A DNA stretch of 64,000 nucleotides from assembly GCA_031414535.1 (NCBI GenBank), contig JANNVQ010000055.1, positions 1 to 64,000 on the forward strand. The letters run 5' to 3'. Shown piece after piece: positions 29,344-39,263 of this stretch (within the stretch, counting starts at the first letter, position 1; each line of letters starts with the position of its first letter). Under the pieces are notes generated by a model, which was not told where the DNA came from, searched no databases, and saw only the letters and a list, made by a program, of their open reading frames with translations. This DNA is from Gemmatimonas sp. GTDB taxonomy: Bacteria > Gemmatimonadota > Gemmatimonadetes > Gemmatimonadales > Gemmatimonadaceae. The position numbers and the translations under genes are program-made.

Positions 29344-31830
29344 TCACACGACGACGTTCAGCAACCGCCCCGGCACGAGGATGACCTTCTTGGGCTCACC
29401 GGTGATGAACTTGCCGATTACCGGATCAGCCTTTGCCGCCGCGAGCGCGGCGTCCTGCGTGATGTCCTTGGCCACCACGATCTTGCCGCGCGTCTTGCCG
29501 CCGACCTGCACAACCAGGTCAATCGTGTCGGAGGTCAGCAGCGAGGCATCGAACGCCGGCCAGCGCGACTGGAACACGCTCGTCTTGTGACCGAGCATCT
29601 CCCACAGTTCTTCGGCGATGTGCGGTGCGAAAGGCGCCACCATTTGCACCATCGGCTCCACTTCGGCGCGCGCCGGGACGCGCTCGCCGCGACGCAGCAC
29701 GTTCATGTATTCCATCATCGCGGCGATGGCCGTGTTGTAGCTGAGCGCCGGCGTGTCCTCGCCCACCTTCTTGATCGTCGCGTGCAGCTTGCGCAGCACC
29801 TCATCATCCGCCGCGCCGGTACCGCAGTCACGAACCGAAGCCCAGAGACGATCCAAAAAGCGCTTGACGCCACTGATGCCCGAATCGCGGAAGTCACCGC
29901 CTTCTTCGAAGGGCCCGAGGAACATCAAGTAGGTGCGAAATGCGTCCGCGCCCCATTCATTGATGAAGTCGTCCGGATTCACCACGTTGCCCTTGGACTT
30001 CGACATCTTCGCGCCTTCCTTGATGATCAGGCCATGCGCGCGGAACTTCGTGAACGGCTCCTCGAAGTCGAGATGCCCGGCATCGTGAAGCACCATCGTG
30101 ATGAAGCGCGAGTACAGGAGGTGCAACACGGCGTGCTCGTTGCCACCGATGTAAGTGGTAACGGGCAACCACTTCTTCGTCGTTTCCCGATCGAACGGCA
30201 CGTCGTCGCGCCCCACGCTCGGGTAGCGCAGAAAGTACCAGGCGCTATCCAAGAACGTGTCGCTGACGTCCGTCTCGCGACGTGCCTGCTTGCCGCAGCT
30301 TGGGCAGGGCACGCGGTACCACTCTTGGTGACGAGCCAGCGGCGAGATGCCTGAGTCATCCGGCTTGAAGTCTGGGATGTTGGGCAGCAACACCGGCAGC
30401 TGGTCCTCAGGCACCGGCACGGTTCCGCAATCATCGCAGTAGATGATCGGGATTGGTGGGCCCCAGTAGCGCTGCCGCGAGATGCACCAATCGTGCAGGC
30501 GATAATTGGTTACGCCCACTCCGGCGTGCTTACTCGCGAGCCACGCCGTGGCCTTCACCTTCCCCTCTTCCACGCCCAGTCCGTCGAACTGCTCCGAATT
30601 GACGAGCACGCCATCGCCCACGTAGGCGGCATCGCCCAGCGGAGTCTTGGCGTTGTCGCCGGGTCCCGCAACGACGCGCTGGATGGGCAGGTCAAACTTC
30701 TGCGCAAACTCAAAGTCGCGCTCGTCGTGGCCAGGCACAGCCATGATGGCGCCCGTGCCGTACTCCATCAGTACGTAGTCGGCAATCCAGATCGGGATCA
30801 TCTCGCCGGTAGCGGGATTCACAGCGTAGGAGCCAGTGAACTCGCCGGTCTTTTCTTTGGTCGTCTTCCGGCTCACTAAGTCCTGCTTGACTGATGCTGC
30901 GAGATACTCGCGCACCACGCCTTCCTGCATCGGCGTCGTGAGCTGCTCCACCAACGGGTGCTCAGGCGCAAGCACCAAGTATGTGGCGCCAAAGATTGTG
31001 TCGGGGCGCGTGGTGAAGACTTCAATCTGCGTGCTGCCGCTGCGGACTTCCGTGGTCACGGACACCGCGGAGCTACCAGCATCGGTGAGCGGGTCGAGCA
31101 CGGCAAAGCGCAGGCGCGCACCATCGGAGCGGCCAATCCAGTTGCGCTGGGCCTGCTTGGTGGTGGCGGACCAGTCGAGCGTGTTCAGATTCTCGAGCAG
31201 GCGCGGCGCGTACTTGGAGATGTTGAAGAACCACTGCTCCAGAAAGCGCTGCTCCACCACCGTGCCGCAGCGCTCGCAGGCACCGGCCACGACCTGCTCG
31301 TTGGCGAGCACGGTCTTGCACGAGGGACACCAATTGACGGCTGCGGCCTTCTTATACGCTAGGCCGTGCTTGTGCAGCTGCAGAAACACCCACTGCGTCC
31401 ACTTGTAGTAGCTGGGGTCGGTGGTATCCACCGACTTGCTCCAGTCCACCATCAGACCGGCGCGGTCCAGCTGCCGACGGAAATTCCGGATGTTGCTCGG
31501 AATCAGCTCCATCGGATGGCGGCCCACCTTGAGCGCAAAGTTCTCCGAGTGGATGCCAAAGGCGTCATATCCCAGCGGCTCGAAGACCGTATGGCCTTGC
31601 AGGCGCTGGAAGCGCGCATAGATATCACAACCAGTGAACGCAAAGAGGTTTCCCACGTGCAGCCCTTCGGCTGACGGGTAGGGGAACATCATCAAGGCGT
31701 AAAAGGGGCTCTCGCCCTGCGCGATGTCGGTGCGGTGTGTGCCAAGTTCGGCCCACCGCTCTCGCCATCTCGCTTCAATTGCTGCCGGATCGTAGGCGAC
31801 CGGCTCTGGAACCGATGAAGTCATCGTCAT
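29344..31830 (-). CDS. leuS: Leucine--tRNA ligase
   Basis: MFPYPS..LHVGN (HIGH), FTTRPDT editing domain, [33 protein letters not shown]. Confidence 0.97.
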   Translation of the reverse strand: MTMTSSVPEPVAYDPAAIEARWRERWAELGTHRTDIAQGESPFYALMMFPYPSAEGLHVGNLFAFTGCDIYARFQRLQGHTVFEPLGYDAFGIHSENFALKVGRHPMELIPSNIRNFRRQLDRAGLMVDWSKSVDTTDPSYYKWTQWVFLQLHKHGLAYKKAAAVNWCPSCKTVLANEQVVAGACERCGTVVEQRFLEQWFFNISKYAPRLLENLNTLDWSATTKQAQRNWIGRSDGARLRFAVLDPLTDAGSSAVSVTTEVRSGSTQIEVFTTRPDTIFGATYLVLAPEHPLVEQLTTPMQEGVVREYLAASVKQDLVSRKTTKEKTGEFTGSYAVNPATGEMIPIWIADYVLMEYGTGAIMAVPGHDERDFEFAQKFDLPIQRVVAGPGDNAKTPLGDAAYVGDGVLVNSEQFDGLGVEEGKVKATAWLASKHAGVGVTNYRLHDWCISRQRYWGPPIPIIYCDDCGTVPVPEDQLPVLLPNIPDFKPDDSGISPLARHQEWYRVPCPSCGKQARRETDVSDTFLDSAWYFLRYPSVGRDDVPFDRETTKKWLPVTTYIGGNEHAVLHLLYSRFITMVLHDAGHLDFEEPFTKFRAHGLIIKEGAKMSKSKGNVVNPDDFINEWGADAFRTYLMFLGPFEEGGDFRDSGISGVKRFLDRLWASVRDCGTGAADDEVLRKLHATIKKVGEDTPALSYNTAIAAMMEYMNVLRRGERVPARAEVEPMVQMVAPFAPHIAEELWEMLGHKTSVFQSRWPAFDASLLTSDTIDLVVQVGGKTRGKIVVAKDITQDAALAAAKADPVIGKFITGEPKKVILVPGRLLNVVV

Positions 31831-31868
31831 TGGAAGGGAATCCGTTGAATCTAGCCCCCTCGCGAACC

Positions 31869-31906
31869 GCCTCCAACACGGCCTCCAACACGGCCTCCAA
31901 CACGGC
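31869..31906. repeat. 12-bp tandem repeat (GCCTCCAACACG)x3
   Basis: Three perfect units plus GC, between the divergent leuS and MCP genes. Confidence 0.9.
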
Positions 31907-31925
31907 GGGCGCGCCGGAACACGCC

Positions 31926-33206
31926 GTGCGCACGCACATCATAGATCGACTCGCTGACTGGGGTGCGCTGATTGGCTCCATCGCCGTGGTCGTGCTGCTG
32001 GCCGCCGGCTGGTCGAGCGTGGGCCGGCTGAACGCTGCCGGAGATTTCATCTGGTTCGTCGCGCTACTCCTTGCGGTGGCCGTGGCCTCGGCAGCCCTAG
32101 TGGTTCGCTTGGTGGTCTCTCCCATCGTGGGCGAGCAGCTGCGCGGGCTCGCCAATGTGGCCGAGGCGATTGCAGCAGGGGATCTGACGCAGACGCCGGC
32201 GGCGGCATCTGCGGGTGGCCAACTTGGCCGTCTAGGGCGCGCCATGGTGGAGATGGCGGGCACCCTCCGACACATGGCCGCGCTCGTGCGCGAGAACGCC
32301 ACTGCCACGGCCACCCGCGCCACGGAGATCACCGCGAGCACGGAGCACATGGCGCAGGCCGCGTCGGGTATCGCGGAGACGGCGAGTACGCTCAGTGATG
32401 AAGCGGCGCAGATGGCCGAGACCATCCGCCTCTTGAACGCTGACGCAGCCCGGCTGGCAACCTTGGCCGGCAACGTCGCGGGTGGTGCCGCTGATGGCCT
32501 CGCACGCAATGATCGGCTCAAGGCGCTCGCCAACGAGAACGCCGGCATTCTCGACGAGAGTGCGCGGCGTCTCGACGAGCTCGCGATTGACGTACAGGAA
32601 GGCGCTAGGGCTACGGAATCACTGGCCACCGCCTCCGATGAGATTCGCGCCTTCGTAGCGCTCGTGCAGAAGATTGCGCGGCAGTCTAAGCTGCTCGCCC
32701 TTAACGCCGCTATGGAGGCAGCTCGAGCCGGTGAGCACGGCGAGGGCTTTACCGTGGTCGCCAACGAGGTGCGCCGTTTGGCGCAGAGCACGGCGGAGGC
32801 CGCAGAGCGCACAGATGAGTTGATGAAATCGCTCATCGCGCAGATGGAAACCGCAGGCGCCACGGGTGTACGTGCGCGCAGCACAGTGGAAGCCGTGCGC
32901 GGTGCCACCGCCCGCGGACGTCAGGCCTTTGCGCAGGTCGAACGCGCTGTCGGCGATGGTGAGCAATGGGTGGGGGCGATGTCCACTTCGGCCATCGCCG
33001 GTCAGACGCTCGCTGGCGAACTCACCGCAAAGCTCACGTCTCTCGCGCAGGGCACGCAGGCATTCGCGGACTCGATGCACGACGTCGCCGCCGCCAGCGA
33101 GGAGCAAAGTGCCAGCACCGAGGAGATTGCCGCCGCGGCCAATTCCTTAGTGCGAGCGGCGGATGGCGTGACGGAAACGGCGGGGCGTTTTAGGTCGGGT
33201 GGGTGA
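31926..33206 (+). CDS. Methyl-accepting chemotaxis protein
   Basis: Two TM helices, HAMP (IAAGDLT), signalling hairpin [37 protein letters not shown]. Start uncertain (GTG 31926 or upstream). Confidence 0.88.
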   Translation: MRTHIIDRLADWGALIGSIAVVVLLAAGWSSVGRLNAAGDFIWFVALLLAVAVASAALVVRLVVSPIVGEQLRGLANVAEAIAAGDLTQTPAAASAGGQLGRLGRAMVEMAGTLRHMAALVRENATATATRATEITASTEHMAQAASGIAETASTLSDEAAQMAETIRLLNADAARLATLAGNVAGGAADGLARNDRLKALANENAGILDESARRLDELAIDVQEGARATESLATASDEIRAFVALVQKIARQSKLLALNAAMEAARAGEHGEGFTVVANEVRRLAQSTAEAAERTDELMKSLIAQMETAGATGVRARSTVEAVRGATARGRQAFAQVERAVGDGEQWVGAMSTSAIAGQTLAGELTAKLTSLAQGTQAFADSMHDVAAASEEQSASTEEIAAAANSLVRAADGVTETAGRFRSGG

Positions 33207-33308
33207 CGCTGGGCCGTTAGGCGAGCGGCAGTTCATCTAGCGGGCGCATGTCCCCCGTCCCATATTCGCCCCGTCGGTCCTGCCGCCACCATACAACCCA
33301 CGCTCCTC

Positions 33309-36300
33309 GTGCCCACCGCCGCAAGCGGCTCCGCTGACCGCCAACGCGAAGGCGCGTTGCTGCGCCTCTCGTCGGGCATTGCCGCTGCGGAATCTGAGCA
33401 GGGCATCTGTCGTGCGGTGGTGGACGGGTTGCATGATCCCGCGCTGGGGTTCGACTTCGTGGCGATGCTGCTGGTGGACCACGCGAGCGGCGACCGTGTC
33501 GTGGTCGCGTCGCGCGGCGCCGCTGATATGCCCGACGGACATCGCGTGCCGCCGGGCTCGGGCCTCAGTGAGTTGCCGCTCCTCGATGGCCGCCTGCACT
33601 ACACGCCGCAGGTGACCACCGAGACTCGCTACCTGCCCACGCGCAACGAAGGGTCGGAAGTGGATGTGCCCCTTCTCGTCAACAAACAGCTGGTCGGCGT
33701 GCTCGTCGTCGAGAGCAACAAGCACCACGCCTTCGGCACCGATGACTTCGAGGTGCTGCGCGCCGCCGCGCATCAGGCGGGCATCGCCATCGGCCGTGAG
33801 CGCCTGCTACGCGACGAGCGCCGCCGCGCCGACGAGCAGGAAGCGCTACGTGCGACCATCGCCGACCTCTCGGCCCGGCTCGAACTCTCCGATCTGCTCC
33901 AGGCGGTGCTCGAGCGTGCCATCCAACTGCTCAAGGTGAGCCACGGCGAGCTGGCAATCTTCCACCGCGAGCGGGACGAGTTGGAAATCGTCGCCAGCTA
34001 CAACCTCGGCCGCAAGGATACGACCGGCACGCGGATGAAGGTCGGCGAGGGCGCGATGGGCCATGTGGCGCTCACTCGCGAACCCTACATCATCCCGGAC
34101 TACCAAGCCTGGATGTCGCGCTCCGAGCAGTACGCGCAATCCGATTTCCACGCCGTGATGGTCGCGCCGCTGATGATGGGGCGACAGCTGGTCGGGGCCA
34201 TCGCCTTCATGGATCGCGACAGCCGCCGCGCTTTCGGCCCCGAGGACCTGCGGCTGCTCGACCTCTTCGCGCCGCAGGCGGCCGTAGCGATCGAGAACGC
34301 CCGGCTCTTCTCGGCGGAACGCCGCCGCGCTGAGGAGCAGCGGGCCCTGTTGGCCACGATGCAGGATCTCGCGGGCCAGCTGGAGCTGTCCACGGTGCTG
34401 CAACGCGTGCTCGAGCGGGCGGTTGGCCTCTTGAGCGTGACGGGTGGAGAACTTGCCACCGTGGACGCGAGCACCGGCGAGTTGGTCATCGTGGCGAGCC
34501 ACGACATGGGCGCCAATGCCGTCGGGACACGCATCGCGCTCGGCGACGGCGCAATGGGACGCGTTGCCCAGACCCTCGAGTCACTGATTATCCCGCGCTA
34601 TCAAGATTGGGATGGCCGCTCCGACAAGTACGGGCAGACCACGGTGCAGTCCGTGATGGCCACGCCTCTGATGATCGGAACCCGGCTCGTCGGCGCGATC
34701 GCCAGCGTGCACTCCGACCCGCAACGCGTCTTCGGCAACGAGGACCTGCGGCTGCTCGAGCTCTTCGCGCCGCAGGCGGCCATCGCCATCGAGAACGCGC
34801 GACTCTTCACCCAGGCGCAACACCAGCAACAGTATTTCAGCGAGCTGGTGGCGAACAGTCCCGTCGCCATCGTCACGCTAGATCGCAATCACAACGTCGT
34901 CAGCTGCAATCCCGCCTTCCTCACACTCTACGGCTACGCCGAATCGGAGGTGATTGGGTACCAGCTCGACGCGCTCATCACGTCTGAACAGGATCGCGCC
35001 GAGGCCGTGCGCTACACCACGGAGGCGCTCGCCAGCCGTCCGGTGCGCGCGATCGCCCGTCGCAACCGCAAGGACGGCAGTCTCGTAGACGTCGAGGTCT
35101 TAGGCGTGCCGGTGGTGGTGGACGGCGAGCTCGTGGGCCTGATGGCGCTCTATCACGACGTCACCGCGCTGTTGCGGGCCCGTCGCGACGCCGAGGCGGC
35201 CAACGCGGCGAAGAGCGACTTCCTCGCCAACATGAGCCATGAGCTGCGCACGCCGCTTAACGCAATCATCGGCTATAGCGAGATGCTCGAGGAGGATGCG
35301 GTGGACCGCGAGGCTGCGGAGGCCATCACGGACCTCCGTCGCATTCGTTCGGCGGGGCATCACCTGCTCGCGCTCATCAACGACGTCCTCGATCTCTCCA
35401 AGATTGAGGCGGGGAAGATGGAGCTGCACCTCGAGACCTTCGACCTCAGTGCGGCCGTGGATGCCGTGGCGTCCACGGTGGCACCGCTCATTGAGAAGAA
35501 CGGCAATGCGCTCGTGCTCGAGCTCGACGAACGCCTCGGCAGCATGCACGCGGACGTCACGCGGGTGCGGCAGGTGCTGTTCAACCTGCTCTCCAACGCG
35601 AGCAAGTTCACGGAGCGCGGGCGCATCACGCTCGGGGCGGTACGGCGCGACGAGGACGCGCGTGCGTGGATCGAGCTCACCGTGCGCGACACGGGCATCG
35701 GCATGACGCCCGAACAGCTCGGGCGTCTGTTCAACGCGTTTGCGCAGGCCGAGTCGTCCACGGCCAAGAAGTACGGAGGCACGGGCCTCGGTCTCGTGAT
35801 TAGCCGCATGTTCTGCGAGATGATGGGCGGCACCGTGACGGTGGCCAGCGAGGCCGGGGTGGGCACCACGTTCACGGTGCGCCTCCCGGTGGAAGTGGTT
35901 GACCCCGCAGCCGCGCCGGTGCCAGCGCTGGTCCATGAGGGCCAGGCAGGGGCCGGCTGCGTGCTCGTGATTGACGACGATCCGGCCACCCGCGACCTCC
36001 TCGCGCGCATGCTCGTGCGCGACGGGTACCGTGTGCTGCAGGCCGCGAACGGCGCGACCGGCCTCGCGCTGGCCCGCAGCGAACGTCCCGACGTGATCAC
36101 GCTCGATGTCGTGATGCCTGGGCTTGATGGATGGGAGGTCCTTTCGGCGCTTAAGGAGGATCCGGAGGTCGCGGCAATCCCCGTCGTCATGCTCACCATC
36201 ACCGATGACCGAAACCTTGGCTTCTCGCTTGGCGCATCGGAGTATCTGACCAAGCCGATTGAGCGCGACCGACTCAGCGCCGTGCTCGCCCGCTACCGCA

Positions 36301-36677
36301 AGGGTCCCGATGCGCGCGTGCTGATTGTTGATGACGATACGGCGACGCGCACGATGTTGCGGCGCGCCTTGGAGAAGGATGGGTGGTCAATCGCCGAGGC
36401 CGAGAACGGGCGCGTGGGGCTGGCTGCCGTCGGCGCCTCGGCGCCGCAGTTGATTCTGCTCGATCTCATGATGCCCGAGATGGATGGCTTCGAGTTCCTC
36501 GAGGCGCTTCGAGCCGACGCCGCCAACGCGTCGATTGAGGTTGTCGTGATGACAGCCAAAATCCTCACCGAAGACGACCGCCGGCAGCTTAGCAGCGGGG
36601 TGCAGCGGGTGCTGCACAAGGGTGAGCACAACGAGGCGGCCTTCCTCTCGGCCGTACGGTCGCACATGGTGCACTGA
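33309..36677 (+). CDS. Cytoplasmic hybrid sensor histidine kinase (3xGAF-PAS-HisKA-HATPase-2xREC)
   Basis: Three GAF repeats ending (G/A)IAI/AVAI, PAS (RKDGS), FLANMSHELRTPL, NLLSNASKF, DTGIG, GGTGLGL, two receivers (LDVVMP, LDLMMP). Confidence 0.93.
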   Translation: MPTAASGSADRQREGALLRLSSGIAAAESEQGICRAVVDGLHDPALGFDFVAMLLVDHASGDRVVVASRGAADMPDGHRVPPGSGLSELPLLDGRLHYTPQVTTETRYLPTRNEGSEVDVPLLVNKQLVGVLVVESNKHHAFGTDDFEVLRAAAHQAGIAIGRERLLRDERRRADEQEALRATIADLSARLELSDLLQAVLERAIQLLKVSHGELAIFHRERDELEIVASYNLGRKDTTGTRMKVGEGAMGHVALTREPYIIPDYQAWMSRSEQYAQSDFHAVMVAPLMMGRQLVGAIAFMDRDSRRAFGPEDLRLLDLFAPQAAVAIENARLFSAERRRAEEQRALLATMQDLAGQLELSTVLQRVLERAVGLLSVTGGELATVDASTGELVIVASHDMGANAVGTRIALGDGAMGRVAQTLESLIIPRYQDWDGRSDKYGQTTVQSVMATPLMIGTRLVGAIASVHSDPQRVFGNEDLRLLELFAPQAAIAIENARLFTQAQHQQQYFSELVANSPVAIVTLDRNHNVVSCNPAFLTLYGYAESEVIGYQLDALITSEQDRAEAVRYTTEALASRPVRAIARRNRKDGSLVDVEVLGVPVVVDGELVGLMALYHDVTALLRARRDAEAANAAKSDFLANMSHELRTPLNAIIGYSEMLEEDAVDREAAEAITDLRRIRSAGHHLLALINDVLDLSKIEAGKMELHLETFDLSAAVDAVASTVAPLIEKNGNALVLELDERLGSMHADVTRVRQVLFNLLSNASKFTERGRITLGAVRRDEDARAWIELTVRDTGIGMTPEQLGRLFNAFAQAESSTAKKYGGTGLGLVISRMFCEMMGGTVTVASEAGVGTTFTVRLPVEVVDPAAAPVPALVHEGQAGAGCVLVIDDDPATRDLLARMLVRDGYRVLQAANGATGLALARSERPDVITLDVVMPGLDGWEVLSALKEDPEVAAIPVVMLTITDDRNLGFSLGASEYLTKPIERDRLSAVLARYRKGPDARVLIVDDDTATRTMLRRALEKDGWSIAEAENGRVGLAAVGASAPQLILLDLMMPEMDGFEFLEALRADAANASIEVVVMTAKILTEDDRRQLSSGVQRVLHKGEHNEAAFLSAVRSHMVH

Positions 36678-36695
36678 GCGGCCGACCGCCGCGGT

Positions 36696-37763
36696 TCACC
36701 GCGGTTGCTCCGACCGCCGGAACAGGAATGCGCACTCCTCCACCCGCGGTCCGCGTTCATCACACACCGCGAACCCCGCGCCTTCGTACATCGATGCCCC
36801 CGCGTAGCGCCCGTCCTTGTGGACCACGTAAAACTGCAGGTCGAACTTCGGACGCCCGCGCTCATCGAGTAATCGGCGCTCGGTCATCGCCACGACGCGT
36901 TCGAGCGTCCGCAACGCCGCATCACGTGGCGAGAGGCCGTTGCGCATGAACTCCACGATCTGATACGAGGCACAGGTTTTGATGTTGGCCTCACCGCGTC
37001 CCGTGGAGCCGGCTGCACCCACCGTGTTGTCGCAGTACTGACCGGCGCCCACGATCGGCGAGTCGCCCACGCGACCAGGCACCTTCCACGCCATTCCACT
37101 CGTGGTGGTCACCGAGCTTAAGTCACCGGCGGCGTTCACGGCGTTCATGTTGATGGTACCAGTCGTGAACTTGATGGCCACGTTGCCGTCGTAGTCGAGG
37201 AAGCTATCGTTCGCATTCAGCCGCGCGCGCCAGCGGAGCCACTCTTGCCGTGTCTTCTCGGTGAGCAGGTTCTGGGTTTGAAAGCCCATCTCAATCGCGA
37301 AGCGCCGCGCGTCCTGCCCCACAAGCATGATGTGGTCGGTGTAGTCCATCACGGCCTTCGCCACCAAGCTGGGTGTCGCAATGTCCTCGAGGCAGCCGAC
37401 GGCCCCCGCACGCTTGGTGGGGCCGTGCATGCAACTGGCATCGAGCTGCACCACGCCGTCACGATTGGGCAGGCCACCAAGTCCCACCGAAGTATCGTCG
37501 GGATCCAACTCCTGAATGTTCACGCCAGCGATGATGGCATCGAGCGCGTCGCCACCTGCGGTGATTTGGTCATAGGCCACCTTCACGCCGCGAATGCCAT
37601 TGGCAGACGCGACCACACAAGGCCGCGCCCGGAGGGGGGAACCCCCGAGCCCGATGAGCGCCGGCGCACCCTCGAGTCGGCTGGCCTGAGCCTCGGTGGG
37701 AAGTGCGGCGGCCGCCACGGCGGCTGCGGAAGTGGCCAGAAAATCTCTACGGGAAGTGGACAC
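36696..37763 (-). CDS. Tat-exported N4-(beta-N-acetylglucosaminyl)-L-asparaginase family (Ntn hydrolase)
   Basis: SRRDFL Tat motif; SVGLGGLP, LDASCM, GTI autoprocessing site, GRVGDSPIVGAG. Confidence 0.88.
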   Translation of the reverse strand: MSTSRRDFLATSAAAVAAAALPTEAQASRLEGAPALIGLGGSPLRARPCVVASANGIRGVKVAYDQITAGGDALDAIIAGVNIQELDPDDTSVGLGGLPNRDGVVQLDASCMHGPTKRAGAVGCLEDIATPSLVAKAVMDYTDHIMLVGQDARRFAIEMGFQTQNLLTEKTRQEWLRWRARLNANDSFLDYDGNVAIKFTTGTINMNAVNAAGDLSSVTTTSGMAWKVPGRVGDSPIVGAGQYCDNTVGAAGSTGRGEANIKTCASYQIVEFMRNGLSPRDAALRTLERVVAMTERRLLDERGRPKFDLQFYVVHKDGRYAGASMYEGAGFAVCDERGPRVEECAFLFRRSEQPR

Positions 37764-37853
37764 GAAGTCTCCGAAGGTGTGACGATGGTCTTGCATATCG
37801 TAGCCCGTTCCGGCGACGTTCACCACATCGTCACTCCTTCACCTGGATTCCTG

Positions 37854-39254
37854 ATGCGCTCTTTCCGCCTGTTCGCCGCACTGTTTCTGACCCTCGTCGC
37901 CATCCCACTCACGGCCCAAGGCCGCCAACTCACACGCTGGGAGCAGCAGGCCCGCGCGCTGCTCAAGGAACTGGTCGAGATCAACACCTCGCATTCCGTG
38001 GGCAGCACCGTCACCGCCGCACAGGCGATGGCGAGGCACATGCTGGCGGCGGGATTCCCCGCTGAAGATGTGGTGGTGGTGGAGAACGCACCGCGGAAGG
38101 GGAATCTCATTGTGCGATACCGCGGGCGCTCACGCACGCAGCGCCCCATCCTATTGCTCTCGCACATTGACGTGGTAGAAGCAAATCCTGCCGACTGGAC
38201 TCTACCGCCGTTTGAGTTCATCGAGCGCGATGGAATGTTCTACGGCCGCGGCGTGGCCGACGACAAGGACGAGAGTGCCATCCATCTCACCCTCCTCCTG
38301 CGTATGAAGGCCGAGGGCATCGTGCCCGCCCGTGATATCATCGTGGCGCTTACCGCCGACGAGGAAGGCGGCCCCGAGAACGGCGTGGAGTACCTGCTCG
38401 CGAATCGCCGTGAGCTGGTGGACGCAGCCTATGTGCTGAATGAAGGCGGCGGTGGCATCGTGGAGGGTAGCCGCAAGGTTTCCAATACCGTGCAGTCCGC
38501 CGAGAAGTACGTGGTGAACTTCAATGTTGAGGCCACGAACTCCGGCGGTCACAGCTCCGTGCCGCGTCCCGACAACGCCATCTACTCATTGGCCCGCGCG
38601 CTCGACCGCCTTTCGCAACTGCAGCAGCCGGTGAAGCTGAACGAGACAACCCGCGCCTACTTCACGCGCCAGGCCGACATCCTCGGCGGCGAAACTGGCG
38701 CGGCCATGCGTCGCCTCATCGCGAACGAGCGCGATGCCCAGGCCTCGGCAATCGTCTCGCGCGACTTCTCCAACAATTCCCGCCTGCGCACCACCTGCGT
38801 GGCCACGATGCTTGAGGGCGGCCACGCAATGAACGCCCTGCCGCAGCGGGCCAAGGCCACGGTGAACTGCCGCATCCTTCCGGAAGAAACGCGCGCCGAC
38901 GTACAGGCTCGCCTCGTCGCTGCCATCAATGACACGGGCGTGAAGGTCACGGTCGAGCGTGAGGATTCCAACTCGCCTGCCTCGCCCCTCACACCCGAAT
39001 TGCTGCGCGCCATCGAGGCCGCCACGCAGGAAGTCTTCCCCAACACGCCGGTGGTGCCGACCATGAGCACCGGTGCTACGGATGGGGCATACTTCCGCGC
39101 CGCGGGTATACCCGTGTACGGCGTCAGCGGCTTGTTCTATTCCGCGCCCAACGCCCACGGAATGAATGAGAAAGTCGAGAGTGAGGCCTTCTACCAAGGC
39201 CTCGAGTTCATGTACCGTCTCGTGCGCCGGCTGACCACCGGCCCCGGGATGTAA
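37854..39254 (+). CDS. Secreted M20/M25/M40 metallopeptidase
   Basis: Signal peptide; SHIDVV, GRGVADDK, ADEE, GGHSS, GATDG, AHG.NE. Confidence 0.9.
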   Translation: MRSFRLFAALFLTLVAIPLTAQGRQLTRWEQQARALLKELVEINTSHSVGSTVTAAQAMARHMLAAGFPAEDVVVVENAPRKGNLIVRYRGRSRTQRPILLLSHIDVVEANPADWTLPPFEFIERDGMFYGRGVADDKDESAIHLTLLLRMKAEGIVPARDIIVALTADEEGGPENGVEYLLANRRELVDAAYVLNEGGGGIVEGSRKVSNTVQSAEKYVVNFNVEATNSGGHSSVPRPDNAIYSLARALDRLSQLQQPVKLNETTRAYFTRQADILGGETGAAMRRLIANERDAQASAIVSRDFSNNSRLRTTCVATMLEGGHAMNALPQRAKATVNCRILPEETRADVQARLVAAINDTGVKVTVEREDSNSPASPLTPELLRAIEAATQEVFPNTPVVPTMSTGATDGAYFRAAGIPVYGVSGLFYSAPNAHGMNEKVESEAFYQGLEFMYRLVRRLTTGPGM

Positions 39255-39263
39255 GGAGAAACA

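Noticed and set aside
37245..37853. Extended 5' ends of track ORFs (37245, 11694, 18862, 21234, 41555, 54416, 57495)
   Set aside because: They overlap neighbouring real genes; signal peptides or domain starts indicate downstream starts.
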